Source: Candidatus Obscuribacterales bacterium (GTDB lineage Bacteria; Cyanobacteriota; Vampirovibrionia; Obscuribacterales; Obscuribacteraceae). From it: DNA of 64,000 bases. Shown piece by piece: positions 17,714-27,539 of this stretch. Every line of letters begins with the position of its first letter. Positions within the stretch are counted from its first letter, which is position 1. A program made the position numbers and the translations under genes. The notes under the pieces are model-generated. The model was not told the DNA's origin. It did not search any database and worked only from the letters and a program-made list of their open reading frames with translations. The DNA lies in NCBI GenBank assembly GCA_965228855.1, contig CBDDIJ010000003.1, positions 1,536,001-1,600,000 on the forward strand, read 5' to 3'.

Positions 17714-19764
17714 TGAACGGACAGGCACCCGAAGGTAAAAAGACAGATCGTAATCCGATATCGGACTACGAAAATGAGGATCGTAATCCGATATCGGACT
17801 GCGAAACTGGAAACCGTACTCCGATATCGGAATTGAAATACCCGGGACGGGTAAAGCCCCGCCAGGCAGTACTTTCCAGCCAACCCTACGATGCACCGAT
17901 GGAGGGCCGCGCTCGCGCGATTCGGTTTGACTTTAACGAGAGTACGGGGCCAATTGAAGGTTGCTATCCGGAAGGACTGCCAGCAGAACTCGTGAGCATG
18001 TATCCGGAGTACGGCGAACTTCTTCAAAAGTTGGCGGAGCGATTCGAACTCAGTCGTGAAAATTTCACTCTCACAAATGGAAGCGACGAAGCTATCTCGT
18101 TGATCTCCAATACATTTATCGAGCACGGTCAAGATACCGCGCTAATTTCGACGCCGTGCTTTTTTATGATCAAACAATGCTTGCGACTTGCCGGAGCGAA
18201 ATTGCAAGAGGTTTCCGTCGACAAAGAATTGCAATTTGACCTTGACGAAATAGACGCTCAGCTTAAATTAAGCCCGAAATTGGCGATGTTTGCAACGCCG
18301 GACAACCCGACTGGAAGCGTCATTCCGCCTAATACGATTGAAACCTGGTGCCAACTCTACCCAGACGTACTCATCGTTATTGACGAAGCATATGGTGAGT
18401 TCGCAGGGACGAGCGTGATACCACTAATAAATAAGTACGATAATCTTTTAGTGCTGAAGACTTTCTCCAAAGCTTGGGGGATGGCAGGGTTTCGCTTGGG
18501 AATGGTTGTAGGGAACGCGCACCTGATCGAGTTTTTGAAGCGTGTCAAATTGCCTTACAGCGTAAATTCGGCAGCTGTTTTCACGGCGTTGCGGCTGCTC
18601 GATCGTGAACACGACATGGCAGCGCGTGTCGCCGAAACCGTAAGACTGCGCACGCGATTATCTAAATTTCTTGATGATCGCGGATATAAAGTTCGGGAAA
18701 CTAGTGCGAATTGGTGTCTGCTCGGCACAGGGTTTCTCGCAAGGAAGTTCTCAGAATTTACTGCGTCAAGAAATTTGCTGGTTCGCAACCGCAGCACATC
18801 CGAATTTTCCAGATTTGCCGGCGCGAGTTCACCCAATAGTGAGCAAACGATGACTTCTTCTACTTTCGAGCCAATGTGGGGGCAGATTCGCGTTTCAGCA
18901 GGAAACGCGGACGAAGTCGCAGTCTTTGAAAAGATCGTCGATCAGTTTCGAGATAGCTATGCATTGATCTTTGACCTCGACGGGACACTGGTCGACACTT
19001 CGAAAAGCTTCGACAAAACCGTCGAGTATCTTGTCGAAAAATATAGTGGAGAGAAGCTCGATCTCAGCGAATTGGCCGAACTCAGGCGTGAAGGTGGTTT
19101 CAATGACGATTGGGTCGCTTCGCGAGAATTACTCAAACGTCGCGGTTTTGATATATCACTGGCAAAGATCGCGCGCGACGGTGAGAGTTTCTATCTATCA
19201 ATTGCCAGAGACAACGAAGAGCTCTTGTTGCCGCTGTCTCTTTTAAAGCAACTTAGAAAGCGCCATCCACTGTTCATTGTAACAGGCAGAACGCGTGCCG
19301 AATACGCTCCTGTCTGGGGCGAGCGATTCGATCCCCTGTTTGATCGCGTATATTGCGTCGACGACGTTCCCGGTTGTCGAGCTAAACCGCATCCGGACTA
19401 TCTGCTACAGGTATTAAAAGATTCCGGCATCACCTGTGGTGCATACATCGGAAACGCGGTAGACGACATGCAAGCAGCGTGTGCCGCCGGTCTTACTGCG
19501 ATAGGTGTGGCCGAGGTACTTGTCGGCAAGCCGGCTATATCAGTTGTGACCGGCGGTTCAGACCGTCGCGAGCCGGGCACGAAAGTTGAGGGCGAGTATT
19601 TTGATAATACCGAGGAAGAGTCCAAAACTTCTTCAAGTGCCCACGAGCAGCTTTGCCAGCGAACCGCGCTGAAACGTGCCGGAGCACACGCCATAATCTC
19701 GAACTGCTCAGAACTCGAGGAACTTCTCATGGTGTCGTCAGCTCCGCAGTCGTCCCAAACGTAA
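17710..19764 (+). CDS. hisC: Histidinol-phosphate aminotransferase fused to a HAD-family hydrolase (probable histidinol phosphatase)
   Basis: TNGSDEAI, PDNPTG, DEAYGEF, KTFSKAWGMAGFRLG; then FDLDGTLVD, GGFNDDW, KPHP, YIGNAVDD; ATG 17710 overlaps the hisG stop (ATGA). Confidence 0.9.
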   Translation: MMNGQAPEGKKTDRNPISDYENEDRNPISDCETGNRTPISELKYPGRVKPRQAVLSSQPYDAPMEGRARAIRFDFNESTGPIEGCYPEGLPAELVSMYPEYGELLQKLAERFELSRENFTLTNGSDEAISLISNTFIEHGQDTALISTPCFFMIKQCLRLAGAKLQEVSVDKELQFDLDEIDAQLKLSPKLAMFATPDNPTGSVIPPNTIETWCQLYPDVLIVIDEAYGEFAGTSVIPLINKYDNLLVLKTFSKAWGMAGFRLGMVVGNAHLIEFLKRVKLPYSVNSAAVFTALRLLDREHDMAARVAETVRLRTRLSKFLDDRGYKVRETSANWCLLGTGFLARKFSEFTASRNLLVRNRSTSEFSRFAGASSPNSEQTMTSSTFEPMWGQIRVSAGNADEVAVFEKIVDQFRDSYALIFDLDGTLVDTSKSFDKTVEYLVEKYSGEKLDLSELAELRREGGFNDDWVASRELLKRRGFDISLAKIARDGESFYLSIARDNEELLLPLSLLKQLRKRHPLFIVTGRTRAEYAPVWGERFDPLFDRVYCVDDVPGCRAKPHPDYLLQVLKDSGITCGAYIGNAVDDMQAACAAGLTAIGVAEVLVGKPAISVVTGGSDRREPGTKVEGEYFDNTEEESKTSSSAHEQLCQRTALKRAGAHAIISNCSELEELLMVSSAPQSSQT
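17746..17837. repeat. In-frame array of three palindromic units (33-bp / 11-aa period) in the hisC N-terminus
   Basis: GATATC centres at 17757, 17790 and 17823; encodes RNPISDYENED-RNPISDCETGN-RTPISELK. Confidence 0.9.
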
Positions 19765-19836
19765 CGGTCCAAGATATAGCAGTCCGACACCAATCGTTTA
19801 ACAGCCCCAAAAAAAACACACAGCGGAGCATAAGAA

Positions 19837-20466
19837 ATGTCCACTCCACAATCACCGCAGAACTCAACCAAACCGGCTCGCATTGGTAGTGTTCGCCGCA
19901 GCACAAAAGAGACTAACCTCTTTATTGAGGTAAATCTCGACGACTCATCGCGACGCGAAATTCGAACATCCTTGCCATTCCTCAATCATATGCTCGACGC
20001 ATTGGCTTGCCACGGGCGTTTCGGTTTGGTCGTCACCGCCGACGGTGACATCGATGTAGACCCTCACCACCTGATCGAAGATACGGGCATAGTTCTCGGA
20101 GAAGCGATCTATGAAGCACTAGGGAGCTTGAAAGGCATCGAACGCGCAGCCAGTTTCACCTATCCAATGGACGGCACGCTCGTTCAAGTCGCACTGGACA
20201 TTTGCGGTCGCCGTAATCTGGTCTGGAACATCAGCTTCGGAAATTTCACTGTCGGCAATCTGGATCCAAACCTGTTCCGCGAATTCTTCAAGGGTTTCGT
20301 CGACGGAATGAAAACAACGCTACACGTTAACTGCCTCTACCGCGATAACGATCACCACGCCATCGAGGCTACATTTAAAGCGCTCGCCCGCGCTTTGAGA
20401 GAGGCCGTTAAGCGCCTCGATACAGACGAATATCTGAGCACCAAAGGCGTCCTGGACGAGAAATAG
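19837..20466 (+). CDS. hisB: Imidazoleglycerol-phosphate dehydratase (monofunctional)
   Basis: RSTKET, FLNHML, DPHHLIED and NDHHAIEATFKA motifs. Confidence 0.95.
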   Translation: MSTPQSPQNSTKPARIGSVRRSTKETNLFIEVNLDDSSRREIRTSLPFLNHMLDALACHGRFGLVVTADGDIDVDPHHLIEDTGIVLGEAIYEALGSLKGIERAASFTYPMDGTLVQVALDICGRRNLVWNISFGNFTVGNLDPNLFREFFKGFVDGMKTTLHVNCLYRDNDHHAIEATFKALARALREAVKRLDTDEYLSTKGVLDEK

Positions 20467-20510
20467 GTACTGAAAGAATTAACTGCGGGAAACAACTTAA
20501 AGCCGAAACC

Positions 20511-21125
20511 ATGCCTACAGAGAACATATCCATTGAAGTCATCGACGCCGCCGGCGGAAACATCGGCAGCCTCTGCCGTGCACTGGACCGGCTCGGAGCT
20601 ACGTACACGCTGGTGAACGGCGAGTCGCCGCCAACCGGAACAAAGCCCCTGATTTTACCTGGAGTCGGAAACTTCGGCGCCGTTATGAAACGCCTTCGTG
20701 ACGCGAGGCTGGACACACGAATCGTTGATATCGCAGGTAGTGGCGTTCCCTTGCTCGGCATTTGCGTCGGTCTGCAAGTTTTGTTCGATGGCAGCGAGGA
20801 ATCACCGGGCATCAATGGGTTAGGACTTCTGGAGGGAACCGTAGTAAAATTTACTGAGGGAAAGGTTCCTCAAATAGGCTGGAATAGCGTCAAATCTCAG
20901 GCGCCAGACTGGCAATCCGGTTTCGTGTACTTCGTCAACTCCTACTTTGCCGCACCAAAGCAACCGGATGTGGTGCTTTATCAGTCCGAATACTTTAAGC
21001 CGTTCTGCGCTGCCGTGAAAAAAGGAAACATAACGGCGTTTCAGTTCCACCCCGAGAAAAGCGGACAGTTCGGCATCGGACTTCTGAAACACTGGCTCGA
21101 CGACGCAGCTCTCTGGAAGGAATAA
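20511..21125 (+). CDS. hisH: Imidazole glycerol phosphate synthase, glutaminase subunit
   Basis: LPGVGNFG, LGICVGLQ, VPQIGWN and QFHPEKSG motifs. Confidence 0.95.
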   Translation: MPTENISIEVIDAAGGNIGSLCRALDRLGATYTLVNGESPPTGTKPLILPGVGNFGAVMKRLRDARLDTRIVDIAGSGVPLLGICVGLQVLFDGSEESPGINGLGLLEGTVVKFTEGKVPQIGWNSVKSQAPDWQSGFVYFVNSYFAAPKQPDVVLYQSEYFKPFCAAVKKGNITAFQFHPEKSGQFGIGLLKHWLDDAALWKE

Positions 21126-21129
21126 GTGA

Positions 21130-21244
21130 AAAGCAACAGCAATAAACGGCAACGATAGACGACAACGCTAAACAACAGCAATAAACATCAGCAATAAGCA
21201 ACACAATAAACGACAGCGATAAACCACTACAAAACGACAACGGT
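21130..21244. repeat. Degenerate 12-13 bp tandem repeat (about 9 units, consensus TAAACRACARCRA) between hisH and hisF
   Basis: taaacggcaacga/tagacgacaacgc/taaacaacagcaa/taaacatcagcaa/taagcaacacaa/taaacgacagcga. Confidence 0.75.
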
Positions 21245-21290
21245 TAAAACCAAATCCCTCATCATCCTAAATAGCTACAGACAAGCCTAA

Positions 21291-22097
21291 ATGCACCCTG
21301 TTGAAACAACTATGAACGAAGAAGTTATCACAGCCTCCGGTCTGTGCAAGCGCATAATTCCCTGCATGGACATCGCCGATGGACGAATCGTCAAAGGAGT
21401 TAAGTTTACAAACCTGCGCGACGCCGGCGACCCCGTCGAACAGGCAATTGCTTATGAGAATCAAGGCGCCGACGAGTTGATGTTCCTGGATATCACCGCA
21501 TCACATGAAGGAAGAAAAACCACCAGAGAGCTCGTTCGCCATGTCGCAGAACAACTCAGCATTCCCCTGACCGTCGGCGGTGGCATCTCTCAGGTATCAG
21601 ATGTGGAGGCGCTTCTAAATGCCGGCGCCGATAAAGTCTCCATGAACACCGCGGCTGTGCTGAATCCTCATCTTATCGATGGCGTAGCAAATGCCTTCGG
21701 CTCTCAATGCTGCGTCGTCGCAATCGACGCTCGCTTGAACAAACAGACCGGGCGCTGGAAAGTCCTCATCAGGGGCGGTCGGGAAGATACGGAACTGGAT
21801 GCTCTTGAGTGGGCAAAAGAATGCATCGCCCGTGGTGCCGGCGAAATTCTACTCACCTCATGGGATTTTGATGGAACCAAACAAGGTTTCGATCTGAAAT
21901 TGACAAGCACATTCGCTGATTTACCAGTCCCAATCATCGCCTCCGGTGGTGCCGCCGGCGCCGACTGCTTCGTGGACGTTTTCCAGGAAGGCAAAGCTGA
22001 CGCAGCTTTGGCGGCCAGCATATTCCACTTCTCGGAGTGCACGGTAGGACAGATAAAGGAAGTTCTGAAACAGAAGGGAGTCAAGGTCAGAATATGA
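21291..22097 (+). CDS. hisF: Imidazole glycerol phosphate synthase, cyclase subunit
   Basis: [36 protein letters not shown] and [10 protein letters not shown] motifs; start may be 21312. Confidence 0.97.
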   Translation: MHPVETTMNEEVITASGLCKRIIPCMDIADGRIVKGVKFTNLRDAGDPVEQAIAYENQGADELMFLDITASHEGRKTTRELVRHVAEQLSIPLTVGGGISQVSDVEALLNAGADKVSMNTAAVLNPHLIDGVANAFGSQCCVVAIDARLNKQTGRWKVLIRGGREDTELDALEWAKECIARGAGEILLTSWDFDGTKQGFDLKLTSTFADLPVPIIASGGAAGADCFVDVFQEGKADAALAASIFHFSECTVGQIKEVLKQKGVKVRI

Positions 22098-23335
22098 TCA
22101 TTCCAAGCATCGACATAATGGACGGAAGAGCGGTCCAGCTGAGACAGGGGCGCACGCACGTTCTGACCAGTGATAAATCACCTGTGGAACTTGCAAAGGA
22201 GTTCAACCGCTACGGCGAAGTTGCAGTGATCGATTTGGACGCGGCGCTCGGCTCCGGTAGCAATCGAGAACTCGTGAAGGAGCTTTGCCGCGTTGCAGAT
22301 GTGCGCGCCGGAGGTGGCGTGAGAGACGTGGAGTCTGCCCGCGACCTGCTCCGTGCCGGCGCAAAGAAGGTGATCATTGGGACAGCCGCAGAGCCCGAAC
22401 TCCTCTCCAAACTGCCGGCAGACCGCGTAATGGTGGCTCTCGACCAGGTCGACGGGAAGGTAGTAGATCACGGTTGGAAGACTTCTACAGGTGAGTCTGT
22501 TTTCGAACGAGCCGAGCGGCTATCTCCATTTTGCAGCAGTTTCCTCAGTACCTTCGTCCAGGGAGAAGGCTGCATGGAGGGCGTGGACGAAAACATGGTC
22601 GTCGAACTTCGTGATGGTCTGAAACGCCCCCTCACCATCGCTGGTGGCGTTTCCAGTACAAGCGATGCCGTCAGTTTGAATAAGCTGGGCGTCGACGTTC
22701 AAGTAGGTATGGCGCTCTATACTGGAAAACTGGATCTTGGAGAATCACTTTCCGACTCGTTAAAATGGACCGCGGATGGTTTGATTCCGACAATCGTACA
22801 GGACACTTTCGGGAATGTGCTCATGGTGGCATACAGCTCGAAAGAATCGCTCATAGCAGCTCTTGCGGATGGAACCGGAACATACTTCAGCCGGTCCAGG
22901 AATCAAATCTGGAAAAAGGGTGAAACCTCCGGTAATCTGCAAACACTTATTTCCTGCCGAACCGACTGTGACAGCGACGCGCTCGTCTTTACCGTAATCC
23001 AGGACGGCGTCGCCTGCCACAACGGCAGCTATACATGTTTCAACAACGATACCGTCCGACCATTCGACCTGCAGAGTTTGTTTAACATCATCGCCGAGCG
23101 AAAAGCCTCTATTACAGAAGGTCAGGAACTCTCCTACACTCAAAAGTTGTTGACAAAACGCTCGATGCTCAACAAGAAAATTATGGAAGAAGCGTATGAA
23201 GTGGTATCACATACGGACCGCGAAAATTTGAAGTGGGAAATCGCCGATTTGCTCTACTTCGTCTCAGTCCTGGCAAGCGCAGAAGGGATTTCCTGGAAGG
23301 AGATTCAAAATGAACTCGGAGGCCGCCACAAATGA
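22094..23335 (+). CDS. hisA/hisIE: Trifunctional HisA-HisI-HisE fusion
   Basis: [27 protein letters not shown] (HisA barrel); [24 protein letters not shown] (HisI); [21 protein letters not shown] (HisE); ATGA overlap with hisF. Confidence 0.9.
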   Translation: MIIPSIDIMDGRAVQLRQGRTHVLTSDKSPVELAKEFNRYGEVAVIDLDAALGSGSNRELVKELCRVADVRAGGGVRDVESARDLLRAGAKKVIIGTAAEPELLSKLPADRVMVALDQVDGKVVDHGWKTSTGESVFERAERLSPFCSSFLSTFVQGEGCMEGVDENMVVELRDGLKRPLTIAGGVSSTSDAVSLNKLGVDVQVGMALYTGKLDLGESLSDSLKWTADGLIPTIVQDTFGNVLMVAYSSKESLIAALADGTGTYFSRSRNQIWKKGETSGNLQTLISCRTDCDSDALVFTVIQDGVACHNGSYTCFNNDTVRPFDLQSLFNIIAERKASITEGQELSYTQKLLTKRSMLNKKIMEEAYEVVSHTDRENLKWEIADLLYFVSVLASAEGISWKEIQNELGGRHK

Positions 23336-24735
23336 TTAAAGTATTGCAGAAAAGCGACGCGTACAAATTTATCGCTCAACTTACGGGAACAGGCGCACCC
23401 GAAAATACTTCCCCCGAAACTGTGCGCGATGGAAATGAAGAGACTGACACAGACGAAACAAGCAAAGTCTCCGACGCGGTTGCACTCAACGCAACCCGCA
23501 ATCAGGCGGCCGACACAACTGGCACGGATAACCAACGCTCGATCGAAAGTGCCGTTCGCAACATAATCTCCACTGTCCGCCGAGACGGCGACGCCGGACT
23601 TCGTGACATCGCGCGCCAACTCGGGGATGCCGCTCCGTTTCGCCTGTCCGAAGATGCAATCGAAAAGGCCCTGAGTGAAACTGATTCAGCCACCAAAAAC
23701 ACTCTGGAGACAGCAGCCCGACGCATCCGCAACTTCGGTAAAGCCATCGTAGATAGTGTCACGCCGGTCACCGTCGACTGTGGCGAATTTCAAACCGGTA
23801 TCGACTACCGTCCGGTTCGGCGTGTGGCGTGCTACGTTCCGGCTGGGCGGTATCCATTGCCTTCGACAGCGCTAATGACTGCAGTCACTGCCCGCGTAGC
23901 CGGGGTCGACGAAGTCGTAATTGTTTCTCCTCAACTGAAAAATGAAATAGTTGCTGCCGGCACCATGGCCGGTGTCACCGAGTTTTACCAGATCGGCGGC
24001 GCCCAGGCTGTCGCGGCTATGACATTTGGAACAGACACAATCGATGCCGTCGACATGATTGTCGGCCCAGGCAACGCATATGTCACTGAGGCAAAACGAC
24101 AACTACAGGGCAAAGTCGGGATCGATATGCTCGCCGGACCAAGCGAAATTTGCGTTATCGCTGACGACACGGCAAACCCGGAATGGCTCAGCCTTGACCT
24201 CCTTTCGCAAGCAGAACATGATCCCGATGCGCGCGCCTACCTCCTGACAAACAGCATCACCGTCGCTAATAAAGTCGCAGAGCTGGTGGAGCGCGACGTA
24301 AAAAAGCTGAAATTGCCTGCGTTTCTAAAAGAGTCGCTCGGTGCAAGCGCCATCATCGTTCTCAACGACACCAAAGACTGCATCGACGCCGCAAATAAAA
24401 TTGCGCCTGAACACCTACTTCTTGCTGTCGAAAGCCCAGAAGTGCTGAAGCCGGAACTTACAAGCTACGGTGCGCTGTTTATGGGACACGGATGTACTGT
24501 CGCATTCGGCGATTACATGGCCGGGCCAAACCACACCCTGCCAACCAACCGCTCGGCAAAGTTTCAAGGTTGCCTGTCTCCGCTGACCTTCCTGCGCCCC
24601 CAATCATGGATTAAGGTCGCGACAACCGCCCGGGAACTCGCGAATGAAACGACCGATTTCGCCAATATCGAAGGGCTGACAGCGCACGCCGCTGCCGCAT
24701 CGGCTCGGGCGAGCCAGACTTCGCCATCAAGCTGA
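23332..24735 (+). CDS. hisD: Histidinol dehydrogenase
   Basis: IGGAQAVAA, GPGNAYV, IDMLAGPSE, QAEHD, APEHL, GDYMAGPNHTLPT and EGLTAH motifs. Confidence 0.97.
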   Translation: MIKVLQKSDAYKFIAQLTGTGAPENTSPETVRDGNEETDTDETSKVSDAVALNATRNQAADTTGTDNQRSIESAVRNIISTVRRDGDAGLRDIARQLGDAAPFRLSEDAIEKALSETDSATKNTLETAARRIRNFGKAIVDSVTPVTVDCGEFQTGIDYRPVRRVACYVPAGRYPLPSTALMTAVTARVAGVDEVVIVSPQLKNEIVAAGTMAGVTEFYQIGGAQAVAAMTFGTDTIDAVDMIVGPGNAYVTEAKRQLQGKVGIDMLAGPSEICVIADDTANPEWLSLDLLSQAEHDPDARAYLLTNSITVANKVAELVERDVKKLKLPAFLKESLGASAIIVLNDTKDCIDAANKIAPEHLLLAVESPEVLKPELTSYGALFMGHGCTVAFGDYMAGPNHTLPTNRSAKFQGCLSPLTFLRPQSWIKVATTARELANETTDFANIEGLTAHAAAASARASQTSPSS

Positions 24736-24746
24736 GCCAGCACCGA

Positions 24747-25829
24747 TTATCTGAAACGTATCGGAGCCGCTGTCTTGTCTTCGTTAATCGGTGCCACGCT
24801 CGAATAAGTTCGATGCGGTTTCTGCCCAGCCAGAACGCCCTCACTGTCGTCTTCCAGCGTGGGCTCTTGATGGAAGCTGGCGAGAATTCGCTTACGATAT
24901 TTGTACGCCAATAGCGCCATAACCGGAGTTCCAACACAAACGACCATGCCCACGACCACAATCGCAAGCAAAATCAGATTACTCGTGACATTTACGGAAT
25001 GGCTGAGCGATTGGAGATTGTCTTCAAGATTGGCAAGGTGCTCCTCAACGCCCGCAACCGGCTTCGGCAAATCTTGAATCGGAGCGCGCAATTGACGCAC
25101 AGTGTCTTCCAGTTCATCAAGTTTTTTGCCCATTTTCGCGATCGTGGTATGCACTTCACGCATCTGGTTGTTGGTCTCAGCCAACTCATGATTGGTTGAC
25201 TGCACCGCGCGCGTCGTCGCTAGAATCTCGTTCTTAGTGTTCTGCACAGCAATCTTCGTGTTAACCAGTTCGCCCTTGGTGGCAACGACTTCATTTTTGG
25301 TTGCTAGCAGCTCGTTTCTCGTTGTCGACATCACACCACGAACATCCTTGATAGCATCCTTGGTATCGGACACCTCGGTAACCGTGGTTTTGAGCATCGA
25401 ATTGATCTTGTTCATATCTTCACGAACGTCGTGAATCTCGCGATCGATACCTTTGATGTCTCGCCGCAATCCGAGCATCGGCTTCTGCAGCCCGACTATA
25501 GGAGCTTGAAGTCGCACGATTTGCTGTTCGAGTTTGACGACGGTTTCCTGCATGTCATGAATAGGGTCATAAACCCACTGCAGCGGATTTAAACTGAAAC
25601 CTTTGTGCTGCTTCTTTACCTGGTCGAAAGACGGCAGCTTCTTAGGCTCCATGTCCTTTCTGGTGAGCGAAACACCATCAACTTCGCGTGCGGCCTCGAT
25701 GACATTGTCGTCTTCGCTGTCATCGGGCTCGAGCGCCAGAGCTGGCGCTCCCAGGAGAAAGCAGCCAGTAGCGAGCATGACCATACCCGCCCGACCGGCG
25801 ACCTTCAGATTTCTAGGATAACCCCTCAT
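24747..25829 (-). CDS. Exported coiled-coil protein with a C-terminal TM helix
   Basis: Signal peptide; heptad run TRNELLA-TKNEVVA-TKGELVN...; TM near the C-terminus. Confidence 0.65.
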   Translation of the reverse strand: MRGYPRNLKVAGRAGMVMLATGCFLLGAPALALEPDDSEDDNVIEAAREVDGVSLTRKDMEPKKLPSFDQVKKQHKGFSLNPLQWVYDPIHDMQETVVKLEQQIVRLQAPIVGLQKPMLGLRRDIKGIDREIHDVREDMNKINSMLKTTVTEVSDTKDAIKDVRGVMSTTRNELLATKNEVVATKGELVNTKIAVQNTKNEILATTRAVQSTNHELAETNNQMREVHTTIAKMGKKLDELEDTVRQLRAPIQDLPKPVAGVEEHLANLEDNLQSLSHSVNVTSNLILLAIVVVGMVVCVGTPVMALLAYKYRKRILASFHQEPTLEDDSEGVLAGQKPHRTYSSVAPINEDKTAAPIRFR

Positions 25830-26084
25830 TCCGCCTCCGCAGTGGCTCTTGATAGATGTTTATAATCAACTCGAGCCGTTCATACCGTAAGCTTCATGAA
25901 ACGATATGTTCTAACCACATAGCACTATAGAGATCAATGGGTGCCGCCCGCCAGCCGGTTTCCCCCATAAAGGTCCGGATGCGTCCGGAAACCCTGACAA
26001 GTTCAGCTTTTCCGTCTGGATAAATTCGCGATAAAATTTGAAGGTTGAAACTGCAAACACGCCTCCATCACAAGCGAGAAAAGA

Positions 26085-26849
26085 ATGAAGTCCACTGAAC
26101 GCTTTTCCGGGTTAGCAAACATATACGCTGCTTCCCGACCTACATATCCGCCGGAGGCGGTCGACTTCATCATGTCGGTCTGCAAAATATCAGGCTCTAC
26201 GGTTATGGTGGATGTCGGTTGTGGAACCGGAATTTCAACCAGGCTTTTCACCGAACGTGGTGTCAAGGTGATTGGTCTTGAACCTAATGACGACATGCGA
26301 CAATCTGCGGAGAACCAGTCTGTATCTCACGATTGCGAAGTTAAACCAGAGTACAGACCTGGCACCGCAGAAGATACCAATTTGCCCGACGCATTTGCTG
26401 ACGTTCTACTCTCTGCCCAGGCATTTCACTGGTTCGACCCGGACCGAGCCCTGACCGAATTTCACCGAGTCATCAAGCCTGACGGATACGTGGTCTTGAT
26501 GTGGAATGAACGTGACGAGTCTACTCCGTTCGCCCACGGCTACGGAGAACTATTTCGAGAATTACCTGAAACTGCCGGAGTCGAAATGAAACGAGGTATA
26601 GCCGGAGAGCCTCTTTTGACAAACCCTTTGTTTGTTGATGCCCAAAGGACTAACTTCAAAAACGTTCAACGAATGAATCTGGAAGGTGTTCTCGGTCGCG
26701 CCTTCTCTGCATCGTATGCCCCCAGAGATGGTGCCGCGGCAAAACGTTTGAAAGACGGATTGACCGCACTGTTCGAAAAACTTCAAGTAAACGGGTTTGT
26801 AGATATGCAATATGAAGTCTCAGTCTACACAGCAAGGAGACCGGCATGA
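26085..26849 (+). CDS. Class I SAM-dependent methyltransferase
   Basis: RPTYP, DVGCGTG, EPN..M and AQAFHWFD motifs. Confidence 0.9.
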   Translation: MKSTERFSGLANIYAASRPTYPPEAVDFIMSVCKISGSTVMVDVGCGTGISTRLFTERGVKVIGLEPNDDMRQSAENQSVSHDCEVKPEYRPGTAEDTNLPDAFADVLLSAQAFHWFDPDRALTEFHRVIKPDGYVVLMWNERDESTPFAHGYGELFRELPETAGVEMKRGIAGEPLLTNPLFVDAQRTNFKNVQRMNLEGVLGRAFSASYAPRDGAAAKRLKDGLTALFEKLQVNGFVDMQYEVSVYTARRPA

Positions 26850-27466
26850 TAATTGAGTGCAAAGAGGAAAACTCTCAGGACCTCTATAAAATTCTTCTGG
26901 GCTGTGTCGTTCCCCGTCCGATCGCCTGGGTCTCCAGCCAAAGTAACGACGGAGTTCTGAATCTTGCCCCCTTTTCTTTTTTCAACGCCTTTTCCGCCGA
27001 CCCTCCTATTATCGGACTGGGCATAGGGATGAAGACCAGGAAAAGCGAAGACGGATCACGCACGCTTGTGCCCAAGGACACATTGAAAAACATTCTCGAA
27101 ACAAAAGAGTTTGTCGTGAATGTTGTTTCCTACCAACATGCAGACAAAATGAACCGCTCGAGCGCCGAATACGACCCTGCTGTCAGCGAATTCGAGCAGT
27201 CCGGTCTAACACCCTCGCCTTCGAAACTAGTGAAACCTCCCTGCCTCCAGGAGTCGATGGTTTCGATGGAATGCCGACTGTTTCAACAAATCGACCTGCC
27301 TCGCTCAAGTATCATTCTCGGCGAGGTTTTGTGTTTCCACATCAAGGATGAAGCCTGGGACGGACATGGTATCATCCACGATGTTCTACAGCCCATCGGC
27401 AGGTTGGCTGGTTCAGCATATTGCAAAACCGACTCGGTTTTCGACATGACCAGACCTCGCGTTTAA
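26846..27466 (+). CDS. Flavin reductase family protein (DIM6/NTAB-like)
   Basis: VVPRPIAWVS, NLAPFSFFN, KDTLKNI and PIGRLAG motifs. Confidence 0.9.
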   Translation: MIIECKEENSQDLYKILLGCVVPRPIAWVSSQSNDGVLNLAPFSFFNAFSADPPIIGLGIGMKTRKSEDGSRTLVPKDTLKNILETKEFVVNVVSYQHADKMNRSSAEYDPAVSEFEQSGLTPSPSKLVKPPCLQESMVSMECRLFQQIDLPRSSIILGEVLCFHIKDEAWDGHGIIHDVLQPIGRLAGSAYCKTDSVFDMTRPRV

Positions 27467-27539
27467 AATCTGCTGCGCTGGCTTTTCAGGCGCAATTAGA
27501 TGCGCAAACCGCCCACAGCCTTGAGTAATTGGAATCAGA

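Noticed and set aside
20995..21240. Minus-strand Cys-rich ORF (VYCCC repeats)
   Set aside because: Antisense translation of the 13-bp repeat, overlapping hisH
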